From IMG/VR virus record IMGVR_UViG_2671180676_000003: a stretch of DNA of 45,001 nucleotides. One strand, given 5' to 3'. Both the position numbers and the translations under genes were made by a program. The notes under the pieces were generated by a model. That model did no database searches. It was not told the DNA's origin and saw only the letters and a list, made by a program, of their open reading frames with translations. How positions within the stretch are numbered: the first letter of the stretch is position 1; each line of letters starts with the position of its first letter. This DNA is from a virus. Its lineage: Duplodnaviria > Heunggongvirae > Uroviricota > Caudoviricetes. Shown piece after piece: positions 35,652 through 44,599 of the stretch.

Positions 35652-36473
35652 ATGACTATCCTTGAAAATCCTGATGCGAATGTTGAATCTGTTTATAGTC
35701 TTCATCCAACCACGTTGTTTCATTTTACAAAAAACGAAGATGCTTTCTATAGCATATTGGCTGAGAAATATTTTAAACCATTTCTTGCTCGCGAGGAAAT
35801 AAGAGGAGTCGGGGGACGTAGGAGGTTTGCAGTACCAATGGTATCGTTTTGTGACATAAAACTATCACAAATCAGAGATCATAGCGGAAAATATGGAGAA
35901 TTCGGTCTTGGGCTAACTAAGTCTTGGGCGGAAAAGAAAGGTCTACACCCAGTTCTATATATGAATAAGAGTAGTGAAATATTTTCTAAATACAATGCCA
36001 GAATTCGACTTATTAAAAATAAGTTGGTGCCGCTTTGGAAGGCTAGAGGAAATTTAGATACCAAAAACAGAATAGAGTTTGAGAAATTGAAAGCAGAATA
36101 CTCTGATCTATATAATTTACTGCGTTATATGAAAAATTACAGAGGCAAGCTAGAGCGAAAAGATAATAAAACAATAGAGAATTATATATATGCAGACGAG
36201 AAAGAGTGGCGTTATGTGCCAGCTCCTTTTATTGGTGATTTATGGCCTAGTCTGAGTTTGGAGCGTGTTATCACTTCTGATGACAAAGCAAAAATTAGCT
36301 CAGAATTTTCAAAGTTTGGCATTGATTTTGAGTTCAATGATATAAAATATATACTTATACCTAAAGAACAACATATCCAAAAGCTAATTAACTTTCTCTC
36401 AGGTTTAGATGGATTTGAATCTTCAATTATTAGCAAAATTCTGACCATGGATAAAGTAAAGCAAGATTTTTAA
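35652..36473 (+). CDS. Hypothetical protein, gene A of AT-rich two-gene cassette (candidate defence/abortive-infection component)
   Basis: 273 aa from ATG 35652 (AAGGTG Shine-Dalgarno; the track start GTG 35607 is less likely). About 33-35% GC by hand count against roughly 45-50% for backbone genes. Conserved-looking N-terminal block LHPTTLFHFTK...AVPMVSFCD...GEFGLG. Confidence 0.6.
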   Translation: MTILENPDANVESVYSLHPTTLFHFTKNEDAFYSILAEKYFKPFLAREEIRGVGGRRRFAVPMVSFCDIKLSQIRDHSGKYGEFGLGLTKSWAEKKGLHPVLYMNKSSEIFSKYNARIRLIKNKLVPLWKARGNLDTKNRIEFEKLKAEYSDLYNLLRYMKNYRGKLERKDNKTIENYIYADEKEWRYVPAPFIGDLWPSLSLERVITSDDKAKISSEFSKFGIDFEFNDIKYILIPKEQHIQKLINFLSGLDGFESSIISKILTMDKVKQDF

Positions 36474-36499
36474 TTTTTGGTTTAACGGGAGCCTAATTA

Positions 36500-37711
36500 G
36501 TGTCAATATTTTTAAGCGAAAAGGAAATGCAAAATTGGATAATTGACAAATTATCTGATCAAGATGGATTATATAATTCAATCATCAATATTGATAAATT
36601 AAACGAATTTAATCCGAAAAGACCCGAAGAGAAAAAAATTAAGGAGAGTTATCAGTTTTGTTTAAAGAACATAACATTGTTACATTTAATGACAGATGAT
36701 GAGAATATCTCAGCAACAAAATCTGAGATATTAAGACCTGATGTTGTTGCTTATTCAACAGAGAATGAATCCTTAGTTCTTATTGAGTTAAAAAACTTTT
36801 CAACACCAACAAGGGAAGCTGGAACTGAGTTGGTGGCATATGCTGCGGAACTAAAAAGTTACTTGTCATACTTGTCTGATGGAGATATTACCAATGTACT
36901 TATATCACCTGACTGGCCACCCCTGGTTAGACACTTTATTTTTAATATGATCGTGTGGCAGAAGAAAAACTTTCTATGTTTAGAACCTTGCTATGATTTA
37001 CAAGGTAACGTATCACTTACTCCTTTAGATATTAATAAATTAGTTATTGCGGAAGAAGCACTCAAGTTCTCATTTCGTCATCTTGGTGGGTTTCATATAT
37101 GTTTGTATGATGATGAAATGTATAATAAACCGACTTCAACTTCTCGTTTACATTCGAAATTGAATGTTATTAAAGCCAGCATGGCAAAAATGTCCTCAGA
37201 CGGTGAAAAGACTAATAGCCATGGGTTTGCTATTTTATGTAGAAATTTGAATGAGAGAACTTTAGCGCCATATACGATTACTCTAGTTAATGTTTCTGCG
37301 TTTTCTTCCATAGAGCGATACTTTCATTCGCCACAAATATCCAATGCTTCTCAACTCCCTAGAATAGGACAAAAAATTTATGACATTTACACTCATTACC
37401 AACCATCAGGTTTTGGGGCATCAATGTCGAAAATTTACAATTCTGGGAAGGCATATTTAGAAAAAATTAATTGCAAGCCGCGGATCGAGGTTATAGACAC
37501 CTGGGATGTATTGCAAGCACATACACATGCGCCTTATATGGAAATGGTTCATATTGAAACGTGGGGAGTTTTTAAAGAAAAATTGATTGAAGGTCTAAAT
37601 GAATGTTATGAGGATGAATATTACACACCTGATTTTGACGATGTAGATTTTTGCATGGTGTGTATTGAATCCTTAATTGACCAGAATTATGAATTTATAA
37701 AACTTTTTTGA
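36500..37711 (+). CDS. Hypothetical protein with N-terminal PD-(D/E)xK nuclease motif, gene B of AT-rich two-gene cassette
   Basis: 403 aa; GTG start 26 nt after the gene A stop, with GGGAG Shine-Dalgarno; motif ILRPDVVAY...ESLVLIELKNF fits PD...(D/E)xK; same AT-rich composition as gene A. Confidence 0.6.
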   Translation: MSIFLSEKEMQNWIIDKLSDQDGLYNSIINIDKLNEFNPKRPEEKKIKESYQFCLKNITLLHLMTDDENISATKSEILRPDVVAYSTENESLVLIELKNFSTPTREAGTELVAYAAELKSYLSYLSDGDITNVLISPDWPPLVRHFIFNMIVWQKKNFLCLEPCYDLQGNVSLTPLDINKLVIAEEALKFSFRHLGGFHICLYDDEMYNKPTSTSRLHSKLNVIKASMAKMSSDGEKTNSHGFAILCRNLNERTLAPYTITLVNVSAFSSIERYFHSPQISNASQLPRIGQKIYDIYTHYQPSGFGASMSKIYNSGKAYLEKINCKPRIEVIDTWDVLQAHTHAPYMEMVHIETWGVFKEKLIEGLNECYEDEYYTPDFDDVDFCMVCIESLIDQNYEFIKLF

Positions 37712-37713
37712 AG

Positions 37714-37745
37714 AAAAGGGGCCGAAGCCCCTTTGAATTTTGCGC
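37714..37745 (+). terminator. Intrinsic terminator closing the two-gene cassette
   Basis: AAAGGGGC-CGAA-GCCCCTTT hairpin followed by GAATTTT immediately after the gene B stop. Confidence 0.55.
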
Positions 37746-37888
37746 TGAAAAAAGTGTTGCTAGGATGTTAGCAAGCTATGGTTAAGAACGTCTGCCGTAA
37801 TTGTCTATCACAGCGTTGAGCGGTCTGGTTTATGTTAGCGGAGTCTTAATCGAGTTGATTAAAAGGCCAAACCGCTCAACGCTGTGTC

Positions 37889-37976
37889 TGGCGGAGAGTA
37901 ATGGAATCGAACCATCATCGCTTGCGCAATGGGACGGTTTTCAAGACCGCTTGAGCACCATGCTCCCTACTCTCCG
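37889..37976 (-). tRNA. tRNA-Ser (anticodon UGA), long variable arm
   Basis: Hand-folded: anticodon arm GCGGT-CTTGAAA-ACCGT, long variable arm, T-arm GATGG-TTCGATT-CCATT, encoded CCA. The D-arm fit is imperfect, so boundaries are approximate. Confidence 0.55.
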
Positions 37977-38199
37977 GCCGTTGTGGTGGCCGGTACTGAA
38001 TCTCCGGCATACGGTGCAGCCAATTAGGACTACGGACGATCACCGCTCGCGAAAGGGAAGATTTGCGGCCGCATTTCCCTAACATCCAAGAAAGCTATCG
38101 CATCAGTCTGCGAATCCACCACAACGGTAAGATCACTACCTTTCGACCAGTCATTGTGCACATGAACGACGATTAACCGTAATGATCTTATCGTTGTAT

Positions 38200-38275
38200 T
38201 GGTGCCGGTTAGCGGACTCGAACCGCTGACATCCTGCTTACAAGGCAGGCGCTCTACCAACTGAGCTAAACCGGC
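38200..38275 (-). tRNA. tRNA-Thr (anticodon UGU)
   Basis: Perfect cloverleaf by hand: acceptor GCCGGTT/AACCGGC, D-arm GCTC-AGTTGGTA-GAGC, anticodon arm CCTGC-CTTGTAA-GCAGG, T-arm AGCGG-TTCGAGT-CCGCT, encoded CCA. Confidence 0.9.
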
Positions 38276-38279
38276 AATT

Positions 38280-38366
38280 TGGTGGGGAGTGATGGAGTCG
38301 AACCACCCGAGTCGCAATGACAGTAGATTTACAGTCTACACCGCTACCTCTACGGACTAACTCCCC
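38280..38366 (-). tRNA. tRNA-Tyr (anticodon GUA), long variable arm
   Basis: Acceptor GGGGAGT/ACTCCCC, anticodon arm GTAGA-CTGTAAA-TCTAC, long variable arm, T-loop TTCGACT, encoded CCA. Confidence 0.8.
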
Positions 38367-38371
38367 TAAAT

Positions 38372-38446
38372 TGGCGATGGTGGGTGGATTCGAACCACCG
38401 ACCAGTTGGTTAACAGCCAACTGCTCTACCGCTGAGCTACACCATC
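38372..38446 (-). tRNA. tRNA-Asn (anticodon GUU)
   Basis: Acceptor GATGGTG/CACCATC, D-arm GCTC-AGCGGTA-GAGC, anticodon arm GTTGG-CTGTTAA-CCAAC, T-arm GGTGG-TTCGAAT-CCACC, encoded CCA. Confidence 0.9.
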
Positions 38447-39237
38447 AATTCAGCACTGCCAGTATTTATTACTCAACAGTGCCAATCGCGGCGGTGTTAG
38501 TTTCTGCCAGGAAACGCACCGCTACTTGCACTTTTCGTTAGTGCCAGACGTTTTCGACTTCGCTCAATAGAAGGCAAAATCTTTAAGTAGATGATGTTTT
38601 TTGAGGACAGCACCTACTTTGTAATTTATACAATGTGATGTATGGAATCATTTGTTGTGAAAACAGGCACCAATGGCAACAGTGGTTAAACCTACACAAC
38701 AATCCTGTCTTCACAACGTTGAGGCCACTACTCCGATTGAATGTTTGCCCAACATGTTACATATCAACGCTCGCCTGTATCTCTGTGAATAGAACCTTAG
38801 AATTGATAAAAATGTAATGGCCTCAACGTTGTGTGCTGGCTAACCATACCAGCCGGGCTACGTCGCCGCTTTTTAACCCAGTATAAACGACATAATTGAA
38901 CAAAATGACGTAACAGGATGGGCGGTCAGAGGCTAAGAATCCGGGAGTCATATGGAGTTGAAAATATACCAACCGCCCATTCTGTTACTTCATCGAATAG
39001 GGCATAGTGGTTTGGCTGTCTATGCCCTATCCTGCGTTCTGCAATCACACTCGCTCAGTGTGTCCCATTTCGGTAACGAGGCTGGAAACTGACCTCGCTG
39101 GTGTTTGGCTTATTAGGCTACTGCCAGATAGACTTCTTCGTTTGCACTTGTATTTAAGTTCAAACAGTCGCGTCTCAACGAAAACAAAGTCATCTTATAC
39201 ATAAAAGATAAGTAAGTAAATACTTATCACCATGTTT

Positions 39238-39528
39238 TTATTCGGTTGTGCCTTTTTTGATCAAGGCCACTCTACGACTAGGTGTTCTTGTGATGGTGGC
39301 AGTGAATCGTTTCGCTTGGATAGTAATGGTTTCGTTCTCCTTAAGTTGCCCGTAGCGAGTTTCAACCAGGGTGCCAAGACGCCACAGACCATCATCGATA
39401 CGTTTATGACTAGCAAATTTAATCAGCAACAGTTTTACGACTAACTGACCTACGTAAAAGGCGAATGCGACTCCGGCCGCTAAGAAATAGGTGGCCAACC
39501 ACCAGTCCCAAGAAGTTAAATTGCTCAT
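39238..39528 (-). CDS. Hypothetical membrane-anchored protein
   Basis: 96 aa; N-terminal hydrophobic helix (WWLATYFLAAGVAFAFYVGQLVV). Confidence 0.45.
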   Translation of the reverse strand: MSNLTSWDWWLATYFLAAGVAFAFYVGQLVVKLLLIKFASHKRIDDGLWRLGTLVETRYGQLKENETITIQAKRFTATITRTPSRRVALIKKGTTE

Positions 39529-39677
39529 TTTCTAACCTTTGTTTCATGAACTACCCGATACACACGCTTTCCGATGCACAGTGTTTTGGTTTTAAGTTCC
39601 TGCTTAATTAAGTCACGACAGATGCCGAAGCCGATAAGGAAGCCACCCATAAAAGCTAATGAGATGTATGGAATCAT
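39525..39677 (-). CDS. Hypothetical small membrane protein (50 aa; below the ORF-track cutoff)
   Basis: My own translation: MIPYISLAFMGGFLIGFGICRDLIKQELKTKTLCIGKRVYRVVHETKVRK; ATGA overlaps at both ends. Confidence 0.35.
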   Translation of the reverse strand: MIPYISLAFMGGFLIGFGICRDLIKQELKTKTLCIGKRVYRVVHETKVRK

Positions 39678-39889
39678 TTTAACGCTCCTGATTCTACTAA
39701 TTGCTGTAGCAATACTTTCCCTTTATCAGTTAACTGGTAGTTGGCCGAACACCACGTTTCAGAAACGTTTGCAACCAACCCTAAACGCTCTAACTTAGCT
39801 CGCGTTTTAGGCTTCCAGTACTCAGGGAACTCCGGCCACTTACTGATTTCATGAAGCGTTTCCTTCTCCCGTTTACTTAATACGATCAT
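39674..39889 (-). CDS. Hypothetical protein
   Basis: 71 aa ORF; its stop overlaps the next ATG. Confidence 0.4.
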   Translation of the reverse strand: MIVLSKREKETLHEISKWPEFPEYWKPKTRAKLERLGLVANVSETWCSANYQLTDKGKVLLQQLVESGALK

Positions 39890-40052
39890 CCTTAATCTCC
39901 TTCAGGGTGTTGGTTATTTCTACAATGCGATAAATACGACCGCGTCTTTCTATAACACCGCTTTTAATGTAGTCATTGATGCAACTGGACATCACCACAA
40001 TACCTATGAAAAAACCAACTGCTAAAAATGCAATCATCCAGCCGAGCATCAT
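39873..40052 (-). CDS. Hypothetical small membrane protein (59 aa; below the ORF-track cutoff)
   Basis: My own translation: MMLGWMIAFLAVGFFIGIVVMSSCINDYIKSGVIERRGRIYRIVEITNTLKEIKDDRIK; its ATG overlaps the ligase stop as ATGA. Confidence 0.35.
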   Translation of the reverse strand: MMLGWMIAFLAVGFFIGIVVMSSCINDYIKSGVIERRGRIYRIVEITNTLKEIKDDRIK

Positions 40053-41371
40053 TCTTTATCTCCGATTCGATCTTCTGTATCGCGTAAGCAACGCGGCCAT
40101 TTCAGTCGTGGGTGGCGTAAGCTGCCATCCGGCGTTTTCTCGTGACAATGAACCTCGACAATACGACCACGGTACTTCTCTTTATTGTTCCAGATCTCGT
40201 CCAGATATTTATGCTTAATGCCGCTCGCACGAACAATCACACCGTTTTCAAGGCGAATAACAATTTTTCCAAGCGTGTTGGCAAAACCAGAGTCCGGATC
40301 GCCCGGCTCAAAATCGATAATTTCACCATCTTCTGAATCTTCGTCTTTTAACTTCCACCAGCTGCGGGTACGTTTAAACTCGTAAACAGAGTTCGGATCT
40401 TTGCCCATCTCCCCTTCTTCGTTATCGTCCAGGCGTTTCATGAAGCGTTCGATGAAATCTTCGTGGCTATGGATGATATAGAACGGATGCAGGTGAATGT
40501 CTTGTGTGTAGCCTTCACTGCGATCGTTTTTGAACAACGCCACGAGAATAGCCAGGCGCTCTTTCAGCTTCATACCTGTCTTTGCATACTCTTTGGATTT
40601 AGCCTGTGTCCGCCATTCCGGTAGGAAGAAGTCGAAAACATGATAAATAGCGCCAATTGCCTGCACGTTCTTTTTGCGCAATGCAGATACGGACTGGTTA
40701 AATGAACCGGCTGTTCCTTCACCATCGAAGAAGATGTGTTTGTGGCCTGAGAGTTTGCCTAATTCGAGCATTGCTGGCTTTAGGTGATCGAGAGACGTGA
40801 TTGGATTACCAGTACGAGAAAGGAAGTTAACCTCTTCCTCGTCAACAATAACCTCACAAATTACTCGCAAACCATCGAGCTTAAGGCTGCCAATCATCGG
40901 CCATTTGGCTTTAGGATTTGGCTTGAAGGGGTATTTGTCGCCTTTTTCTTTATACGGTGACGCCAGCTGCACCTCGAATTTCGGAATGGGATTTTCAAAA
41001 ACCTTGTTGCATAGGCTAATCCCAACACCTGCTTTCGGGTCTTTTAAGAGGAAACGACGGAACACGTCCTGCCCATCGGCGCACATTGACGCCACGATAG
41101 ACTCAACAGCTGCTATTGCTGCGTTCCCCGTCAGCTCGCGAGAGGCCAGCTTATTCAGTACATCAATGGCTTTTTCGTCACTTGGGACGGACTCACTAAG
41201 CGGCTCTGCCACTTTGTATTTCTTTACCCCAAAACGGATGAAAGGGTTGAGCATCAATGAAACCATGCTTTGTTCAAAGTCATCCATGTTGGCCAATGCC
41301 TCTTTTTTTGCATTGGTTCCCATAGCTTTCATTTCGTCCAGCTTATGCTTAAGTGCGATCAACTTTTTCAT
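40049..41371 (-). CDS. ATP-dependent DNA ligase
   Basis: Nucleotidyltransferase motifs: KLDGLR (motif I, KxDG), FFDGEG (motif III), WWKLK (motif V), C-terminal PRLKWPR-like motif VI. Confidence 0.85.
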   Translation of the reverse strand: MKKLIALKHKLDEMKAMGTNAKKEALANMDDFEQSMVSLMLNPFIRFGVKKYKVAEPLSESVPSDEKAIDVLNKLASRELTGNAAIAAVESIVASMCADGQDVFRRFLLKDPKAGVGISLCNKVFENPIPKFEVQLASPYKEKGDKYPFKPNPKAKWPMIGSLKLDGLRVICEVIVDEEEVNFLSRTGNPITSLDHLKPAMLELGKLSGHKHIFFDGEGTAGSFNQSVSALRKKNVQAIGAIYHVFDFFLPEWRTQAKSKEYAKTGMKLKERLAILVALFKNDRSEGYTQDIHLHPFYIIHSHEDFIERFMKRLDDNEEGEMGKDPNSVYEFKRTRSWWKLKDEDSEDGEIIDFEPGDPDSGFANTLGKIVIRLENGVIVRASGIKHKYLDEIWNNKEKYRGRIVEVHCHEKTPDGSLRHPRLKWPRCLRDTEDRIGDKE

Positions 41372-41838
41372 TGTTGTTTTGCCTCCATATGTTGATCGAT
41401 TTGCTCATGTGTTTCTTTTGTTGTTTCTTCAAGCAACGCCGCATACACGTCAGTGATCGCTGTTTGTGATGTGGCGCTCTTCTTAACCATGCTACTAATC
41501 GTTACACTGTCACGTTTTCGTTTTATAGTTCTGGCTTGTTTATTCCGTTCTTCAACCTCCTTAATGAGTGCGGTCATATCTTCGAAATACAGAGATTCTC
41601 CTTTACGAATCTCTTCAACCATCATTTTTAACGCCTTGCATTTGCCTGCTTTAATAGCGGTTGCGCACGACTGGAAAGAAGTTCGAGGAAGACGGTTTTC
41701 TTTGAAGGCAAGAATGGTGTGCTGGCAAACGGAATAGCTGCAATATGCCGACTCACCGTTTATCTTTACTTCCTCACAACGAAGTGAATAACCGTTATTT
41801 CCTGAAATAGAAGGGATTTTTGACAAATCAGCTTTCAC
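41368..41838 (-). CDS. Hypothetical protein
   Basis: 156 aa; its stop overlaps the ligase ATG as ATGA; promoter-like motif 20 nt upstream. Confidence 0.5.
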   Translation of the reverse strand: MKADLSKIPSISGNNGYSLRCEEVKINGESAYCSYSVCQHTILAFKENRLPRTSFQSCATAIKAGKCKALKMMVEEIRKGESLYFEDMTALIKEVEERNKQARTIKRKRDSVTISSMVKKSATSQTAITDVYAALLEETTKETHEQIDQHMEAKQQ

Positions 41839-41904
41839 AATTACCGCCAGAAATAATCTTGTGCTTACCTATCATTATTTGCGTAAAAACGACACACAGA
41901 GAGC

Positions 41905-42681
41905 TTACCAACTTCCCCAGCTAATCATCTTGCGCTGATCGCTTTCTAAGCGATAAGGGGCAAGAAGCTCTGTGACATGATTGGTGGCGTATGATTTAGC
42001 CTCTTGCTTAATCATCGGTAATTCGTTAGCAATCCTGACCATCTTCCCAGCAAATTCCGCCATTACGCCATCACAAGCCTTCCCCGCATCAACAACGATA
42101 TGCACAAGATCCAACTGGCTTTTGCACATATCCCAAAGAGACGCGTATTCACTCTCTCTGATTACATTTACGGCACTATTAGCCCCTTTATTAATCAAAA
42201 CTTCCAACAGATTTTTCGGGGTAACGAAATCTGCTTTCAGAGATAATGTCTTTTCACCACTTATCGAACGCAAGTACTCTTCGTAGTTATTCTTCATCAA
42301 ACCGCTGCTGCGCATTGCTAGAACTGCTTCTTGAATGGCCGCTTCAATAGTTTCGTCGTTTGAAAGACAAAAAACGGTATTTGTGTAGATCACTCTGCCA
42401 TCAAGCCATGCTCCAACCTGCACTTTAAGACTGAGCGGGTTTTCTTTGCTAATAAAAACAACTAATGCAGAACGCCGTGCACAAGAAGGTTCGCCCCATA
42501 CGTGTAACTCAACTTTCAGATAAGGCAACCCTGGTAGCGGGATCTCGTCCATACGAGCAGCGATATGATTCATTGCTGTATTGACGGCCTTTCCAATGAT
42601 GTCTAGTCGACTGCCCTCGCTGATTTCTAAACCTGTTTTATCAATGATGTCACAGGCCAATTTCTGAATTTCGTCTTTCAT
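41905..42681 (-). CDS. Hypothetical protein
   Basis: 258 aa ORF with the recurrent promoter-like motif about 40 nt upstream. Confidence 0.5.
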   Translation of the reverse strand: MKDEIQKLACDIIDKTGLEISEGSRLDIIGKAVNTAMNHIAARMDEIPLPGLPYLKVELHVWGEPSCARRSALVVFISKENPLSLKVQVGAWLDGRVIYTNTVFCLSNDETIEAAIQEAVLAMRSSGLMKNNYEEYLRSISGEKTLSLKADFVTPKNLLEVLINKGANSAVNVIRESEYASLWDMCKSQLDLVHIVVDAGKACDGVMAEFAGKMVRIANELPMIKQEAKSYATNHVTELLAPYRLESDQRKMISWGSW

Positions 42682-42806
42682 ACCAACTCCTAGCTAACAG
42701 ATGAAAGTATTCTTACAAAAAACTAAGTATGTATCTACTTATCATTTTAGGCGCAATAGTTCCCTATACGAAGATGCCGGGCTTATAGTCTGCCCGGCAT
42801 TCACCA

Positions 42807-43220
42807 TTAATGAGCTACAGCCTCACTGTTGCACATCTTTCTGTAGACCTGCTTATAACGCTGTAAGTCATGAGGATCATTAGGTGCCAACGACTTCGAT
42901 AGGATTTTGTATACCACCCCTTTCGAAAACATGCCCTTTGGCTTCATTTCGAGTTCAACAACATATGAGTGATAGCCCACGTATGCACCAAAGCCATTTT
43001 TGGCGTTCAATTCTCCGCACACAAAGCCTGTCACACTCCCATCGTCATGATCAGTCCTGACAAACTTATCTTTCCTAAACATCACCGACGTGGGATCTTT
43101 CATATCATCCGCAATTGCTTGTTGGCCCAGAGCAATAGCCTTCTCATCTGTAGGCTTACACCCCACTAAAGCAAACAAAGACAATAAAGCTCCTGTTAAA
43201 ATCAGCTTATTTTTGCTCAT
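42807..43220 (-). CDS. Hypothetical lipoprotein
   Basis: 137 aa; signal peptide with lipobox (LFALVGC). Confidence 0.6.
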   Translation of the reverse strand: MSKNKLILTGALLSLFALVGCKPTDEKAIALGQQAIADDMKDPTSVMFRKDKFVRTDHDDGSVTGFVCGELNAKNGFGAYVGYHSYVVELEMKPKGMFSKGVVYKILSKSLAPNDPHDLQRYKQVYRKMCNSEAVAH

Positions 43221-43453
43221 GTTGGCTTCCCTTTATTTATATTTATCGCAGGTATTAGTTAATCAAAACACGAGCAGTGCCACAATAATTAAATGGCGTA
43301 CTATTTCTTATGGTTATTAGTTTCCTAGTAACTTTACCGACCATAAACTAAATCAACAAAGCTGACATATTAACTAAATTTAAGTACCATTTTTCGCACA
43401 CTTGACACTTGCCGCGTCTAAACTGTTCATCCTATATCAACAGAACAAAAAAT

Positions 43454-44599
43454 ATGAAATACATAAAATCTTCATCGTTGCTGGCATTAACTTTGCTTTT
43501 TAGCTCTGGATTCGTTAACGCAGACAATAAACAAACGCTGATAGAAGCCGCTACCGCAGGGGATACCGCAGCACAAAGTGAGTTAGGGACAAATTATTTT
43601 GATGGTATCAATGGTTTTGATAAGGATGTAGTTGAGGCCAAGAAGTGGATTGATCTCGCTGCAGAAAAGGGAGACAAAGTAGCATATTATGCACTTGGGG
43701 TTATGTACACATTTGGCGAGGGTGTAGATAAAGACTTAAATAAAGCAGTTGAGTACTACAAACTTGCGGGAGATGCTCGTGAAGGTAGAGCCTATAACAA
43801 TCTTGGTGCTATTTATCAAAAGGGGATGCTTGGTAAAGTAGATCATGCGCTCGCCATTAAATACTTCAAACTAGCCTCTGATGCCGGGTATGTTAAAGCT
43901 AGCTACCTTCTTGGTGCGTATTACCAATATGGTAAAGGTGTACAAAAGAGTTATAAAAAAGCTTTTACTTATTACAAAAAAGCGGCGGATCAAGGTAGTT
44001 CAGATGGCATGTTCGCATTAGGCACCTTATACGATGACGGTTTAGGTGTTAAACGCAACGATGCCGAAGCAATTAAGTGGTATAAAAAAGCTGCTGAACT
44101 CGGAAACGCCGATGCCATGACAAATCTTGGCATTATGTATGAGTATGGTGAAGGGGTTAAAAAAGACTATAAAAAAGCAGCTGAGCTTTATCAGGCTGCT
44201 TGTGATAAAGAAGATAAAAATGGCTGTGATTACATTGCAGAACTGAAAGAAAGCGGCAAATATCGAGCGCCGGCTTCCAAAGCCAAAACAAAATCCGCCA
44301 CCCAGCGACTTATTGCTAAATCCATTGATAAGGGCGTTAACGCTACATTTACCTGGCAGGGTGATGATGCTACCTTCACCGCTAATGATGGCAAAGTTGA
44401 CTGCACCTTTCTGAAGGATTTTTCAGAGAAAGGAGGCAATCTGGCTACCTCGTTTGTTTGCACCGACAACGTTCAAATCATCCTGAAGCAATTCAGAGAT
44501 ACCAAGAATGCCTACCTCGCAGTAATGACTGACAACTTCAATACAGAAGTTAAATCATTTTCGGTCAATGTGTATGTGACTAATACTGGTTCAAACTAG
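43454..44599 (+). CDS. Secreted Sel1-like repeat (SLR/TPR-like) protein with C-terminal domain of unknown function
   Basis: Signal peptide MKYIKSSSLLALTLLFSSGFVNA, then about six Sel1-type repeats (e.g. AxxWYKKAAELGNADAMTNLGIMYEYGEGV) and about 130 aa with no recognisable motif. The track's TTG start at 43409 is less likely. Confidence 0.7.
   Translation: MKYIKSSSLLALTLLFSSGFVNADNKQTLIEAATAGDTAAQSELGTNYFDGINGFDKDVVEAKKWIDLAAEKGDKVAYYALGVMYTFGEGVDKDLNKAVEYYKLAGDAREGRAYNNLGAIYQKGMLGKVDHALAIKYFKLASDAGYVKASYLLGAYYQYGKGVQKSYKKAFTYYKKAADQGSSDGMFALGTLYDDGLGVKRNDAEAIKWYKKAAELGNADAMTNLGIMYEYGEGVKKDYKKAAELYQAACDKEDKNGCDYIAELKESGKYRAPASKAKTKSATQRLIAKSIDKGVNATFTWQGDDATFTANDGKVDCTFLKDFSEKGGNLATSFVCTDNVQIILKQFRDTKNAYLAVMTDNFNTEVKSFSVNVYVTNTGSN

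Noticed and set aside
37977-38199. A fifth tRNA between tRNA-Ser and tRNA-Thr
   Set aside because: No acceptable cloverleaf found by hand on either strand (no T-loop with matching acceptor stem); would need tRNAscan-SE to exclude definitively.
43402-43437. Sigma70 promoter for the Sel1 gene based on a perfect TTGACA at 43402-43407
   Set aside because: No acceptable -10 hexamer at 16-18 bp spacing; left as unassigned.
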